Shown in pieces: positions 21,274 through 30,862 of a stretch of 64,000 nucleotides of DNA. Numbering within the stretch: the first letter of the stretch is position 1; every line of letters begins with the position of its first letter. Below the pieces are notes generated by a model. That model was not told the origin of the DNA. It did no database searches and worked only from the letters and a program-made list of their open reading frames with translations. Position numbers and translations under genes: made by a program. Source of the stretch: a virus; IMG/VR virus record IMGVR_UViG_3300032050_010539. The stretch is one strand, 5' to 3'.

Positions 21274-22075
21274 CTATCGTTTATCTGCGGCGAAGGCGCG
21301 TTGTGTTAGCTTAGCCATATCCCTAATAGCATCCCATCCTGCCTCACCATATTGAGATACAGCATATTGCTCAACAGCGAGTAGTATATCAGCTAACTCG
21401 CACTGCCTCAATAACGAATTAGTGGCCTCGCGACACTCGAGCAACTCCTCGTATATCTTATCCAGCGTATTAACAAAATATTTAGGGATAGGACTAGAGT
21501 GATAGCCCGGCTGGAAGGAGTCATTAACTGCTATACTAAAGCGGGGCTCAGCTATACCAGTGCCATAGTACCACCAGTGGTCCTCATAAGAGCGCTTACC
21601 ATAAGAACCCAGCTCTAGATTCAATGGGGTATAAATTATATCTGTCTCATTGTCACAACGCACAAACTTGAGATTATGTGGATTAATGTAATGTAGCATC
21701 CACTGGTATGCATCACGACAGATAGTATCTTCAGTCATACCAGGCATACCCTTATACACGAATAACTCTAGTTTCATGAAGTAAGGGCGGCTATAATCAT
21801 CATTATCCAGTGGACGAAAGCACGGCGTAATAGCTTGCAGTGCGTCACCTGCCTGATAATGTCCATTTATCGCATTATAGATGAAGGTCTGTTCTGCGCT
21901 ACCTACCAGCACAAAAGAGTCGTAACAGCTATAGGAGGCCTGACTGTTAGGCTCTGGTGAGGTTATAGAGCCGATATCGCGAGGGCACGACCCATTTTAG
22001 ATCGACTATTCTATAGCCCTTCTGTTTATAGTACTCCTGCGCTTCTACTAAATAGCGGTAATTAATAGTAAACAT
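21274..22075 (-). CDS. class II aminoacyl-tRNA-synthetase-like catalytic domain fused to a MazG-like domain; +1 frameshift at ~21983
   Basis: SAEQ, TPCFR, FMKLELF, ELGSYG, GTGIAEPR (SerRS-like motifs 2/3); C-terminal KIYEELLE...CELAD; first 31 codons (22075-21983) are in another frame. Confidence 0.7.
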
Positions 22076-22079
22076 TTGA

Positions 22080-22421
22080 TTAGTCCTTAATTAATAGAAC
22101 GTTTCTTTCTTGATAATACGCTAGGCGGCCCTCGCAAAATTGAATTACAGAGCTAGGTTGAGCCTTAAGCACCTTTTCTACCTTGGCATTGTCAAAGAAG
22201 CGCACATCCTTATTTATAAAGTTAGGAGATAATAGGTCGTTGATCTCTATGAAGATACGCGGAAGTAATTCAAGTAAAGAGGCGGGCGGCTCCTCCTCGA
22301 TTACTCTCTCACATAGAGCTGCATCCATCTGACAGAGATACACATGGAATGGCTTATTAGGGTACTCTTTCATCAGATACTCTAGATTAAGACTAATAAG
22401 CATAGATAGGTTAGCAGACAT
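22080..22421 (-). CDS. hypothetical protein, 113 aa
   Basis: Tightly packed ORF. Confidence 0.6.
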   Translation of the reverse strand: MSANLSMLISLNLEYLMKEYPNKPFHVYLCQMDAALCERVIEEEPPASLLELLPRIFIEINDLLSPNFINKDVRFFDNAKVEKVLKAQPSSVIQFCEGRLAYYQERNVLLIKD

Positions 22422-22911
22422 TAAATAATCTCCTGTTAATATCAGATGATAGGAAGGCCTCTAACCAGACAGGGCGGGGCTCTATAAGATAACAGGCCCG
22501 CGCTGCGATAAGAGGATGATAGAAGTAAGGTAAAAACTCTAGCTGAGCTAGTGCCTCTATATGATGAGGCGTAGCTATACCTCTATGATCTAGTATACCC
22601 AGGGTAGGGTAGCGCTCGTGATATATATTTAGGTTATAGTTGTGCAGATACTCAGTAGTATCTAGACAGTACCAGGCAGCGCCAGAGCGGGGCCGCTCCA
22701 TATCAGATAGGTAGCCTGTTATAATCGGCGGGCCCTCACTATCCTCACATAGATACTCTATGGCACGTCTATACATACGCCACTCCTGGGCCCAACTCGA
22801 CTGTAGTGTTATAGTAACAGCACTATAGCGGCCATCAGCGTAACGCCCTACATAATAGGGGTATATCATACAATCGCGAGCTGGTATACTCACGTGATAA
22901 TTAGTCATCAC
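22411..22911 (-). CDS. hypothetical protein, 166 aa
   Basis: Coupled to the primase stop. Confidence 0.6.
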   Translation of the reverse strand: MMTNYHVSIPARDCMIYPYYVGRYADGRYSAVTITLQSSWAQEWRMYRRAIEYLCEDSEGPPIITGYLSDMERPRSGAAWYCLDTTEYLHNYNLNIYHERYPTLGILDHRGIATPHHIEALAQLEFLPYFYHPLIAARACYLIEPRPVWLEAFLSSDINRRLFNVC

Positions 22912-24101
22912 GATCCAAATAGTAGAGAGGCATATTCAAGGGGCCCTAATTGATTATCTACATAAGGAGCCAGTAGCCCTAAGGGGGAATGAGTGGCAGT
23001 TAATACCCGCAATATATCTACGTGATGACTAATGTCGGGCCCCCATTGAGCTAGTAAATCATCTACGAATAGTATGCGGTTAGCATTAATAGTATCAGCA
23101 GCATTAACGCGAGGCTCTGCTACCAACCACTCATTAATATCCTTATAATCAGCAACCATATACGTCATAAGCTCAGCTAATGGTAAGTTAATCTGCAGCT
23201 GAACTAGTTGAGGTATGATACGCACCCAGCTCTTATATACGCCAGCATGAGTAGGATGATCATCGCTATACTTATCTGAGTCGAATATAAATGTGATATG
23301 ACGGAAGGGCTTGAATTTACTGGTGTGACATAATAGATACTCCAGACCCAATAACCCCACTACAGGTAAACCACGACCTACTAGTGATGTGGCATCAGGC
23401 GGGCCCTCAACTATATATAGCTCGCGAGCTGGGTGCTTACTATACTCCTTAAGACAATGTTCTAGATAGAGATAGCGCTTACTATTAATAGCGGCCCGCG
23501 TATCCTTATAACGGGGGGCCCTCTCACTACTACCTATATAGCGACCAACCATATGGACTAGATGACCTCGTGTATCTCGTATAGGGAATATAATGCGTTC
23601 CCTATAGTAATCCTCGCCGTCCTCCTTAATCAGACCCTCGCGGGCTAATGCCTCATGATCTATATCGAATTGACGTAGACCACCAGGAGGAGCATACCCT
23701 ATACCAATACTACGAGCTAGATCGAGAGACCAGCCCCGCCGTAGTATATAATCCTGAGCAGCAGGCGTAGTATCAAGATAATAGTGATAGGCCTCTAGCG
23801 CGCTCTCTAGTACTATACTGCGAGCATCCATAACCTCGCGGGCCTGACGTATACCGGCGCGGGCCTCTAACTGTTGCATAGCCCCAGCATAATCAAGCTT
23901 AGTATGCCAACGCCAGGCATTAACCAGGCCCATACCTGCGTTCAACTCACAACTAGTCCTCCAGCACTTCATATAGTGCGGATATACACTCAGCTTACCG
24001 CGGCCCCCACAAGCAGGACAATCATTAGTACCATGCCGTAGATTTAGTAGCTCTGGTATAGTTAGCCGCTCCATTATCAGTTGTTCATTCTCTCTCGTCA
24101 C
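22908..24101 (-). CDS. dnaG: DnaG-type DNA primase
   Basis: Zn finger CPACGG...CWRTSC, RIIFPIRD..G..V...GR, PRYK, TOPRIM VEGPPD, FDSD, KDINE. Confidence 0.88.
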   Translation of the reverse strand: MTRENEQLIMERLTIPELLNLRHGTNDCPACGGRGKLSVYPHYMKCWRTSCELNAGMGLVNAWRWHTKLDYAGAMQQLEARAGIRQAREVMDARSIVLESALEAYHYYLDTTPAAQDYILRRGWSLDLARSIGIGYAPPGGLRQFDIDHEALAREGLIKEDGEDYYRERIIFPIRDTRGHLVHMVGRYIGSSERAPRYKDTRAAINSKRYLYLEHCLKEYSKHPARELYIVEGPPDATSLVGRGLPVVGLLGLEYLLCHTSKFKPFRHITFIFDSDKYSDDHPTHAGVYKSWVRIIPQLVQLQINLPLAELMTYMVADYKDINEWLVAEPRVNAADTINANRILFVDDLLAQWGPDISHHVDILRVLTATHSPLGLLAPYVDNQLGPLEYASLLFGS

Positions 24102-24345
24102 CGCTCTCCGTATATTGTATGAATGCCCTATAATAACTAAGCTTGAACTTAAACATTAATACATATTGCCTGTTAATGGCAAGATGCTCGAGATAAGTGA
24201 TGTCACTTACCCGTAGCCCATTCCATAAGAATATCTCGGTCAACATACCTCACCCACGTCATCCATACTTCCGTTCTTAAGGGATACCTTCGACATGGTT
24301 CAGGCCATATATTTATATCTCGTCTATCGCGCCACATATCGCCCT

Positions 24346-24516
24346 CTAATATAAATTGCATACTTCCAGTCTGTAATAAAACAAAGCAAGTTCGAAAGAA
24401 TTACAATCATAAAACTTACGCATTAAGTGATATACCTCAATGGGGGGTTCAGGCATAAACATAGAGGCCTTCAGCTTATTGTGCAGAGTCCAATCGTTAT
24501 GATTAATAGTATTCAT
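24346..24516 (-). CDS. array micro-protein (last unit, MNTINHNDWTLHNKL...FYYRL)
   Basis: Hand translation, 56 aa; array motifs. Confidence 0.55.
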   Translation of the reverse strand: MNTINHNDWTLHNKLKASMFMPEPPIEVYHLMRKFYDCNSFELALFYYRLEVCNLY

Positions 24517-24689
24517 TCAAACAAACCTTTATGATTCAATCTAGAGTAAAACGAACCGACATGATTCCTGCTCATTAAATAAGAGCGGGTTACTAAGTAA
24601 TTTGCAGGCTCAATAAGTATAAAGGCCTTAAGCTTATTGTGTAGAGACCAATCATTAATCATAATCATCTTCATTGAAATCATCTTCAT
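24513..24689 (-). CDS. array micro-protein (W.LHNKL type)
   Basis: MKMIS...WSLHNKL...FYSRL. Confidence 0.5.
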   Translation of the reverse strand: MKMISMKMIMINDWSLHNKLKAFILIEPANYLVTRSYLMSRNHVGSFYSRLNHKGLFE

Positions 24690-24842
24690 TGAAATAACCG
24701 CCCTTATGTATAATGTCATCCTTACTCATTCTCATCTAAAATGTGTTAGACAATTCACTTACCAGTCTATAGTAAAACTGGTCGACAGAGGTAATAAGTA
24801 TAGAGGCCTTCAGCTTATTGTGCAGAATCCAAATATTACAAT

Positions 24843-25028
24843 TTAGTCTTCATCGAAATAATTGTATAGCAGTCTATAGTAAAATTGATCTATAAAAGTA
24901 ATAAGTATAGAGGCCTTGAGCTTATTGTCGATAGTCCAGTCGTAAAGCGAACCCAATTTGAAATAATCATTATTACACAGAACCCAATTATTATATAAAA
25001 TCCAATAAGTAGAAATTCTCTTCATCAA
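24843..25028 (-). CDS. array micro-protein
   Basis: WTIDNKL...FYYRL...YFDED. Confidence 0.55.
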   Translation of the reverse strand: MMKRISTYWILYNNWVLCNNDYFKLGSLYDWTIDNKLKASILITFIDQFYYRLLYNYFDED

Positions 25029-25091
25029 AACAAACCCTTATGATTCAATCTAGAGTAAAACGAACCGACCTTATTAAATAAGACCAGGTTA

Positions 25092-25358
25092 CTAAGTAAT
25101 TTGCCCCAACGAAAGACTCAATAAGCATAGAGGCTTTTTATTATTTGTCTCAGTGGAAGGTTCAGTAATAAGTATAGAAGCTTTAAGCTTATTGTGTAGA
25201 GTCCAATCACACAAACTCTTATGACCCAATCTAGAATAAAACAAACCGACATAGTACCTGCTCATTAAATAAGACCAGATACCATAATTTGCCTTAACGG
25301 AAGGCTCAATAAGCATAAAGGCCTCAAAGGTCCAATCATTAATCATAATCATCTTCAT
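25092..25358 (-). CDS. array micro-protein (two fused units)
   Basis: FYSRL followed by a second WTLHNKL block. Confidence 0.45.
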   Translation of the reverse strand: MKMIMINDWTFEAFMLIEPSVKANYGIWSYLMSRYYVGLFYSRLGHKSLCDWTLHNKLKASILITEPSTETNNKKPLCLLSLSLGQIT

Positions 25359-25477
25359 CGAAATAACCGTCCTCATTTAGAATAATAAACCAATAAAACC
25401 GGGTTACTAAATAATTTGCCCCAACGGAAAACTCAAGCATAGGGGCCTTAATAAGCTTATTGTGCAGAGACCAATCA

Positions 25478-25651
25478 TTAATCATCTTCATCGAAATAAT
25501 CATCTTTATATAGAATGTCGTATATCGCAGCTCTTAGTCTATAGTAAAACCCGCCGGTAGAGATAATAAGTGTACGGGCCTTTAACTTATTGTTGAGAGT
25601 CCAGTCGTAAAACAAAGCAAGTTTAAAAACTTTACAATTAACCATCTTCAT
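25478..25651 (-). CDS. array micro-protein
   Basis: MKMVNC...WTLNNKL...FYYRL...YFDEDD. Confidence 0.55.
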   Translation of the reverse strand: MKMVNCKVFKLALFYDWTLNNKLKARTLIISTGGFYYRLRAAIYDILYKDDYFDEDD

Positions 25652-25815
25652 AAAATGCAACTCTTATGATTCAATCTAGAGTAAAACGAACCGACATAAT
25701 ACCTGCCCATTAAATAAGACTCGGTTACTAAGTAATTTGCCCCAACGGAAAACTCAATAAGCATAGAGGCCTCAAGCTTATTGTGCAGAGACCAATAATC
25801 ATTAATCATCTTCAT
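25648..25815 (-). CDS. array micro-protein
   Basis: MKMINDYWSLHNKL...FYSRL. Confidence 0.55.
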   Translation of the reverse strand: MKMINDYWSLHNKLEASMLIEFSVGANYLVTESYLMGRYYVGSFYSRLNHKSCIL

Positions 25816-26080
25816 CGAAATAACCGTCCTCATATTCATCAAATTGGCCATCCTCAAGATAATAACCGCCCTCATCTAGAATATCATCTTTATCTAGGAT
25901 GTTTTCTAACATATTTATCAATCTACAGTAAAACCGGAAGATAGAGCCGCAACACTTGCTTAGTTTAGGAGTATAAATCTCGAAACCCATCTCTTCATAA
26001 TAATGAAACAAGCGCAAGGCATTGAGATAATCATTATTCAAAATCCAAGGTAACAGACAATCGTTAGAAACATTCTTCAT
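25802..26080 (-). CDS. array micro-protein with triplicated acidic tail
   Basis: FYCRL...LDKDDILDEGGYYLEDGQFDEYEDGYFDEDD. Confidence 0.55.
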   Translation of the reverse strand: MKNVSNDCLLPWILNNDYLNALRLFHYYEEMGFEIYTPKLSKCCGSIFRFYCRLINMLENILDKDDILDEGGYYLEDGQFDEYEDGYFDEDD

Positions 26081-26126
26081 TGAAATAACCGTCCTTATAT
26101 AAAATATCATTCTTATTCATCCTCAT

Positions 26127-26312
26127 CTAGAATGTTATGTATAACACACTTACCAGTCTATAATAAAACTGGTCGACAGAGATAATAAGTATAGAGGTCT
26201 TCAACTTATTGTGCAGAGTCCGAAAGTAATTTGCCCCAACGGAAGGCTCAATAAGCATAGAAGCTCTAAGCTTATTGTTTAGAGTCCACCCTTCACATAT
26301 AATCATCTTCAC
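26127..26312 (-). CDS. array micro-protein
   Basis: WTLNNKL...FYYRL. Confidence 0.5.
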   Translation of the reverse strand: MKMIICEGWTLNNKLRASMLIEPSVGANYFRTLHNKLKTSILIISVDQFYYRLVSVLYITF

Positions 26313-26358
26313 TAGAATAACCGTCCTTATGTATAAAGTAATCCTTATTCATTCTCAT

Positions 26359-26550
26359 CTAGAATGTGTTAGACAGTCTATAGTAAAACAGGTCTACAGA
26401 GGTAATAAGTATAAAGGCCTTCAGCTTATTGTGCATAATAAAGGCAAATTTGAAAGATTTATAGCTTACTAAATCATTTATCTCAGCGAAAGACTCAGTA
26501 GTAAGTATAAGGTTATTATGTGTAATCCAATATTTAGAGATAGTGTTCAT
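26359..26550 (-). CDS. array micro-protein
   Basis: WITHNNL...HNKL...FYYRL. Confidence 0.5.
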   Translation of the reverse strand: MNTISKYWITHNNLILTTESFAEINDLVSYKSFKFAFIMHNKLKAFILITSVDLFYYRLSNTF

Positions 26551-26731
26551 TAAAGTAATCATCCTCATTTAGAATATCACTCTCATCTAGAGCGTTATAT
26601 ATAAAAGCCACTAGTCTATAGTAAAGCCGGTTGATAGAGCACTTGCTTAATTCAGGAATATGACTCTCGAGGCCCACATCCTCATAATAATAAAACAAGT
26701 AATTAAGCTTGTTACAACTAATTGCTCTCAT
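26534..26731 (-). CDS. array micro-protein (MRAIS type)
   Basis: FYYYE..IPEL..LYYRL..EDDYF. Confidence 0.55.
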   Translation of the reverse strand: MRAISCNKLNYLFYYYEDVGLESHIPELSKCSINRLYYRLVAFIYNALDESDILNEDDYFNEHYL

Positions 26732-26931
26732 TGAAGTAATCGCCCCCCATTCAGAAAGCCATATATCCCAAATTCTCCCATTCTATAATAAAACCAGGCG
26801 AGTCCCCCAGGACTATAAGCAAAATACAATTTACCTAATAATACCTGTAGGTCAACAGACGGATCAGTAATAGGTATAGGTATATTTAACCTATTACGTG
26901 GGGCCCATTTGCTACAATTAATTATCTTCAT
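26728..26931 (-). CDS. array micro-protein (LLGKLYF type)
   Basis: WAPRN..PITDP..AWFYYR. Confidence 0.55.
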   Translation of the reverse strand: MKIINCSKWAPRNRLNIPIPITDPSVDLQVLLGKLYFAYSPGGLAWFYYRMGEFGIYGFLNGGRLLQ

Positions 26932-27127
26932 CGAAATAATCATCCTCATCTAGAATGTTATATAACACATCTCCTAATCTATGATAAAATACGTTGATAG
27001 GAACATGTAACTTGTTCAATTCAGGGATATAGACCTCGATACCCATGTTTTCATAGTAGTAACGATAAGACCATAGATGGTATTTTCTATTACGAGGAGC
27101 CCAATTATTACAACTAATCATCTTCAT
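26918..27127 (-). CDS. array micro-protein
   Basis: WAPRN..IPEL..FYHRL..YFDEDN. Confidence 0.6.
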   Translation of the reverse strand: MKMISCNNWAPRNRKYHLWSYRYYYENMGIEVYIPELNKLHVPINVFYHRLGDVLYNILDEDDYFDEDN

Positions 27128-27305
27128 CGAAATAATCGTCCTTATCTAGAGCGCTATATAATCTAGAGTAGAACGAACGGACGTAGAACCTGCTTATTAA
27201 ATAAAACCTAGGTACTAAGCCGGTTGTTCTAACGGAAGGCTCAATAAGCATAGAGGCTCTAAGCTTATTGTGTAGAGTCAACTCATCACATATAATAGTC
27301 TTCAT
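27114..27305 (-). CDS. array micro-protein
   Basis: TLHNKL..FYSRL..YFDEDD. Confidence 0.55.
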   Translation of the reverse strand: MKTIICDELTLHNKLRASMLIEPSVRTTGLVPRFYLISRFYVRSFYSRLYSALDKDDYFDEDD

Positions 27306-27508
27306 AAAAACATACTCCTACCCAGTCTGAAGTAAAACAAAGATGTCGAAGCAGACACCCCCACCCAAAAAATACTGTAATGCGTAGCGAGGTTGAAATA
27401 ATTATGATTATAATACTTTCTTACATTTATATCAGTGGAAGGCTCTCTACTAGATATAGATACCCTAAGTTTGTTATTAAGCATAGGCCAATAACTAATC
27501 ATCTTCAT
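27302..27508 (-). CDS. array micro-protein
   Basis: MKMISYWPMLNNKL..FYFRL. Confidence 0.55.
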   Translation of the reverse strand: MKMISYWPMLNNKLRVSISSREPSTDINVRKYYNHNYFNLATHYSIFWVGVSASTSLFYFRLGRSMFL

Positions 27509-27803
27509 CGAAATAATTATCCTCATATAGAATGTCGTATATCGTAGCTTTTAGTCTATAGTAAAACCCGCCGGTAGATAATAACTTTAGCTTATTCTTG
27601 GGAGTCCAGTCGTAAAACAAAGCAAGTTTGAAAACGTTACAATTAATCATCTTTATAGAATATATACTTATTTACTATGTCACATACCAGTCTATAATAA
27701 AATCGGTCGACAGCATAAAACCTTAATTCAGGAGTATAGGTATCGATATCCATACGCTCACAATAATAAAAGAAGTAATTAAGCTTGTTATAACTAATTG
27801 CCC

Positions 27804-28004
27804 TCATTGAGGTAACCGCCCCCCATAAAGGCCATATAACCCAAATCCTCCCAGCCTATAATAAAACCAGGCGAGTCTCCCAGGACTACAAGCAAAATAC
27901 AATTTACCTAATAATCCTTGTAGGTCAACAGACGGATCAGTAATAGGTATAGGTATATTCAAGTTATTACGTGGGGCCCAATTGTTACAATTAATCATCT
28001 TCAT
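27804..28004 (-). CDS. array micro-protein (LLGKLYF type)
   Basis: Near-copy of 26728-26931. Confidence 0.55.
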   Translation of the reverse strand: MKMINCNNWAPRNNLNIPIPITDPSVDLQGLLGKLYFACSPGRLAWFYYRLGGFGLYGLYGGRLPQ

Positions 28005-28209
28005 TAAAGTAATTGTCCTCATATAGAATGCTATACAACACTACTCCCGCTAGTCTATGGTAAAACCTGGCAGGCCCCCCAGCGTTATAAGTATGAAAGT
28101 TATAGTTATAGAAACTGTAGTATAAACTATCACTGTCTACTAAAATCGACGGGTCAGTGATATATGTATTTAGTTTACTACGTGAAGGCCAACCATTAAT
28201 CATCTTCAT
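27991..28209 (-). CDS. array micro-protein
   Basis: ITDP..LYY.FY..GGPARFYHRL..YFNEDD. Confidence 0.55.
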   Translation of the reverse strand: MKMINGWPSRSKLNTYITDPSILVDSDSLYYSFYNYNFHTYNAGGPARFYHRLAGVVLYSILYEDNYFNEDD

Positions 28210-28386
28210 CGAAATATAACAATCTATGGTAAAATCAAACAGTCCCTCCTCTAGAATCATCAAGATAGAAGTTATAGAATAACTTATTATCTGCTATCAG
28301 AGGGTTAGTAATGGGTACAGGTGCATTCCATGCATACGAAACCCATTCAATATCACGCGGAGCCCAACCGTTAGAATTAATTATCT

Positions 28387-28569
28387 TCATAGAAATAATG
28401 ATAGGTTACGGTAAACGCAAGCGACTCCTCCGGCACTATAAGTGTGAAATTTATAGTATAAATAATTACGGTTTGCTATCAACGGGTTGGTAATAGGTAC
28501 AGGTATATCCCGTATATGCGCAGCCCTTCTATTACGAGAGGCCCAATTGTTACAATTAATCATCTTCAT
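28387..28569 (-). CDS. array micro-protein
   Basis: WASRN..PITNP..YSAGGVACVYRN. Confidence 0.55.
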   Translation of the reverse strand: MKMINCNNWASRNRRAAHIRDIPVPITNPLIANRNYLYYKFHTYSAGGVACVYRNLSLFL

Positions 28570-28714
28570 CGAAATAATCATCCTCATTCAAAGGTAACAC
28601 TACTGCTCCTGCCAGTCTATAATAAAACATAGTGAGCCCCCAATAAACTCTAATAGGCATAGATATATTCAACTTATGACGTGGGACCCATTTGTTACTA
28701 CCAACTATCTTCAT
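28556..28714 (-). CDS. array micro-protein (52 aa, below ORF-track cutoff)
   Basis: MKIVGSNKWVPRH...FYYRL...YFDEDD by hand translation. Confidence 0.55.
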   Translation of the reverse strand: MKIVGSNKWVPRHKLNISMPIRVYWGLTMFYYRLAGAVVLPLNEDDYFDEDD

Positions 28715-28886
28715 AGAAATCGTCCTTAGCGAACAGTGTCAGTCTATAATAAAATAACATGATAGAAGTTTTGTAGTGGTAACGATAAAAGCTATAGTAT
28801 AAACTATCACTGTTTGCTAAAACCGACGGGTCAGCAGCAAGTATATTCAACTCATTACGTAAAGGCCAATTGTTAATAATCTTCAT
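28698..28886 (-). CDS. array micro-protein
   Basis: WPLRN..FYYRL..DFYEDS. Confidence 0.55.
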   Translation of the reverse strand: MKIINNWPLRNELNILAADPSVLANSDSLYYSFYRYHYKTSIMLFYYRLTLFAKDDFYEDSW

Positions 28887-29067
28887 CGAAATATAACAAT
28901 CTATAGTAAAACCAAGCAGGCCCTCCACCATGATAAAGATAGAAGTTATAGAATAACTTATTATTATCTGCTACTGGAGGAACAATAATAGGTACAGGTG
29001 CATTCCATTCATACGGAGCCCATTTAATAGTACGCGGAGCCCAATCATTACAATCAATCATCTTCAT
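28873..29067 (-). CDS. array micro-protein
   Basis: WAPR..WAPY..GGPAWFYYRL..YFDEDY. Confidence 0.6.
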   Translation of the reverse strand: MKMIDCNDWAPRTIKWAPYEWNAPVPIIVPPVADNNKLFYNFYLYHGGGPAWFYYRLLYFDEDY

Positions 29068-29344
29068 AGAAATAATCCCCCTCCCCTAGAAAGTCATATA
29101 ACAAACATGCTAGTTTATAATAAAACAAGTCGATAGGAACATGTAACTTGTCTAATTCAGGGATATAGGCCCCGAGACCCATGCTTTCATAGTAGTAACG
29201 ATAGAACCATAGATAGTATAGATTATCACCATTTGGTAAAATCGGTGGGTCAGTAATAGGTATCGGTATACTCAACTTATTACGTGCAGTCCAACAATCG
29301 TTATTACTATGAGGCGCCCAATTGTTACAATTAATCATCTTCAT
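29054..29344 (-). CDS. array micro-protein (96 aa)
   Basis: WAPH..PITDP..IPEL..FYYKL..FYEDD. Confidence 0.6.
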   Translation of the reverse strand: MKMINCNNWAPHSNNDCWTARNKLSIPIPITDPPILPNGDNLYYLWFYRYYYESMGLGAYIPELDKLHVPIDLFYYKLACLLYDFLGEGDYFYEDD

Positions 29345-29571
29345 AGAAGTAATAATAGGTTGTAGTTATCTTCATCTAGAAAGCTATACAACACTACTCC
29401 TACTAGTCTATTGTAAAATTTGGCGGGCCCTCCATCATGATAAAAATAGAAGTTATAGAATAACTTATTATCTGCTATTGGAGGGACAGCAGTAGGTACA
29501 TATGCCCCCCATCCAGACGGAGCCCATTTAATATTACGCAGAGCCCAATTATTACAATTAATCTTCTTCAT
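29341..29571 (-). CDS. array micro-protein
   Basis: WALRN..GGPAKFYNRL..LDED. Confidence 0.6.
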   Translation of the reverse strand: MKKINCNNWALRNIKWAPSGWGAYVPTAVPPIADNKLFYNFYFYHDGGPAKFYNRLVGVVLYSFLDEDNYNLLLLL

Positions 29572-29755
29572 AAAAATAATGATAGGTTATATTACGGTAA
29601 ACGCAAGCGACTCCTCCGGCACTATAAGTGTGAAAGTTATAGTATAAATAATTATGGTTTACTATTAACGGGTTAGTAATAGGTATGGGTGCGGCCTCTT
29701 CATACGGAACCGGCTTATTACGAGGAGCCCAATCGTTACAATTAATCTTCTTCAT
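29558..29755 (-). CDS. array micro-protein
   Basis: WAPRN..PITNP..FYEED. Confidence 0.6.
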   Translation of the reverse strand: MKKINCNDWAPRNKPVPYEEAAPIPITNPLIVNHNYLYYNFHTYSAGGVACVYRNITYHYFYEED

Positions 29756-29933
29756 AGAAGTAATATTCTGCCCCTGTCAGTATATAATAAAACATATCAA
29801 GCCCCCCAGTATCATTATAAACATAAAAACTATCGTATAAATTATCAATGCTCATTAGAGGCGGATTAGTGGTAGGTATGTATGGAGTCCACGCATAACG
29901 AGGAGCCCAATTGTTAGAATTAATCTTCTTCAT
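29742..29933 (-). CDS. array micro-protein
   Basis: MKKINSNNWAPRY..FYEED. Confidence 0.6.
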   Translation of the reverse strand: MKKINSNNWAPRYAWTPYIPTTNPPLMSIDNLYDSFYVYNDTGGLDMFYYILTGAEYYFYEED

Positions 29934-30159
29934 CGAAATAAGTGTCCTCATATAGAATGTTGTATAGCACACTGAAATAACCACCCTCATTTAGAATGTT
30001 ATATAACATATATGACAGTCTATGATAAAACCAGACGAGTCTCTCAGGATTATAAGCAAAAAAGCATAATCCCTGTAGGCCAACAGGCGGGTTAGTAATA
30101 GGTATAAGTATACTCGACTGATTACGTGGGGCCCAATTGTTAGAATTAATCTTCTTCAT
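29920..30159 (-). CDS. array micro-protein
   Basis: WAPRN..FYHRL..duplicated LYNIL..YFDEED. Confidence 0.6.
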   Translation of the reverse strand: MKKINSNNWAPRNQSSILIPITNPPVGLQGLCFFAYNPERLVWFYHRLSYMLYNILNEGGYFSVLYNILYEDTYFDEED

Positions 30160-30355
30160 CGAAATAATTGTCCTTATATAGAATATATAATACTATTCCC
30201 GACAGTCTATAGTAAAATATAGCAAGTCCTCTAGAATTATAAAGATAGAAGCTATAGTATAAATTATTGATATTTGCTACTGGCGGGGCAGTGATAGGTA
30301 TAGGTGCAATCCATTCACTACACGGGGCCCAGCAATTTGGATTAATTGTTTTCAT
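30146..30355 (-). CDS. array micro-protein
   Basis: WAPC..FYYRL..YFDEED. Confidence 0.6.
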   Translation of the reverse strand: MKTINPNCWAPCSEWIAPIPITAPPVANINNLYYSFYLYNSRGLAIFYYRLSGIVLYILYKDNYFDEED

Positions 30356-30595
30356 AGAGATAGTTATCCTCAGCTAAAATATCAATATCCTGTCTGTAGT
30401 AAAACGCCTTGAAATAAAAGAAGTTGATAGAGACATATAACTTGTGTAATTCAAGGGTATAGGCCCCATATATACTTATCTGCCATGTGTATACACAGTC
30501 TATAGTAAAATCGGTCGACAGCATAAAACCTTAATTCAGGAGTATAGGTATCGAGACCCTCAACAAAATAAAAAAAGTAATTAAGCCTGTTACAT

Positions 30596-30823
30596 CTAAT
30601 CGCTCTCATTGAAGTAATCACCCCCCAAGCTTAAGGTCTCATTCAGAAAGTGATATATCACAAATTCTCCCAGTCTATAATAAAACCAGGCGAGTCTTCC
30701 AGGACTATAAGCAAAATACAATTTGCCTAATAACCCCTGTAGGTCAATAGGCGGGTCAGTAATAGGTATAGGTATATTCAAGTGATTACGTGGGGCCCAG
30801 TCATTACAATTAATTATCTTCAT
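30596..30823 (-). CDS. array micro-protein (LLGKLYF type)
   Basis: Third copy of the 26728/27804 type. Confidence 0.55.
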   Translation of the reverse strand: MKIINCNDWAPRNHLNIPIPITDPPIDLQGLLGKLYFAYSPGRLAWFYYRLGEFVIYHFLNETLSLGGDYFNESD

Positions 30824-30862
30824 CGAAATAATCATCCTCACCTAAAATATCAATATACCAGT

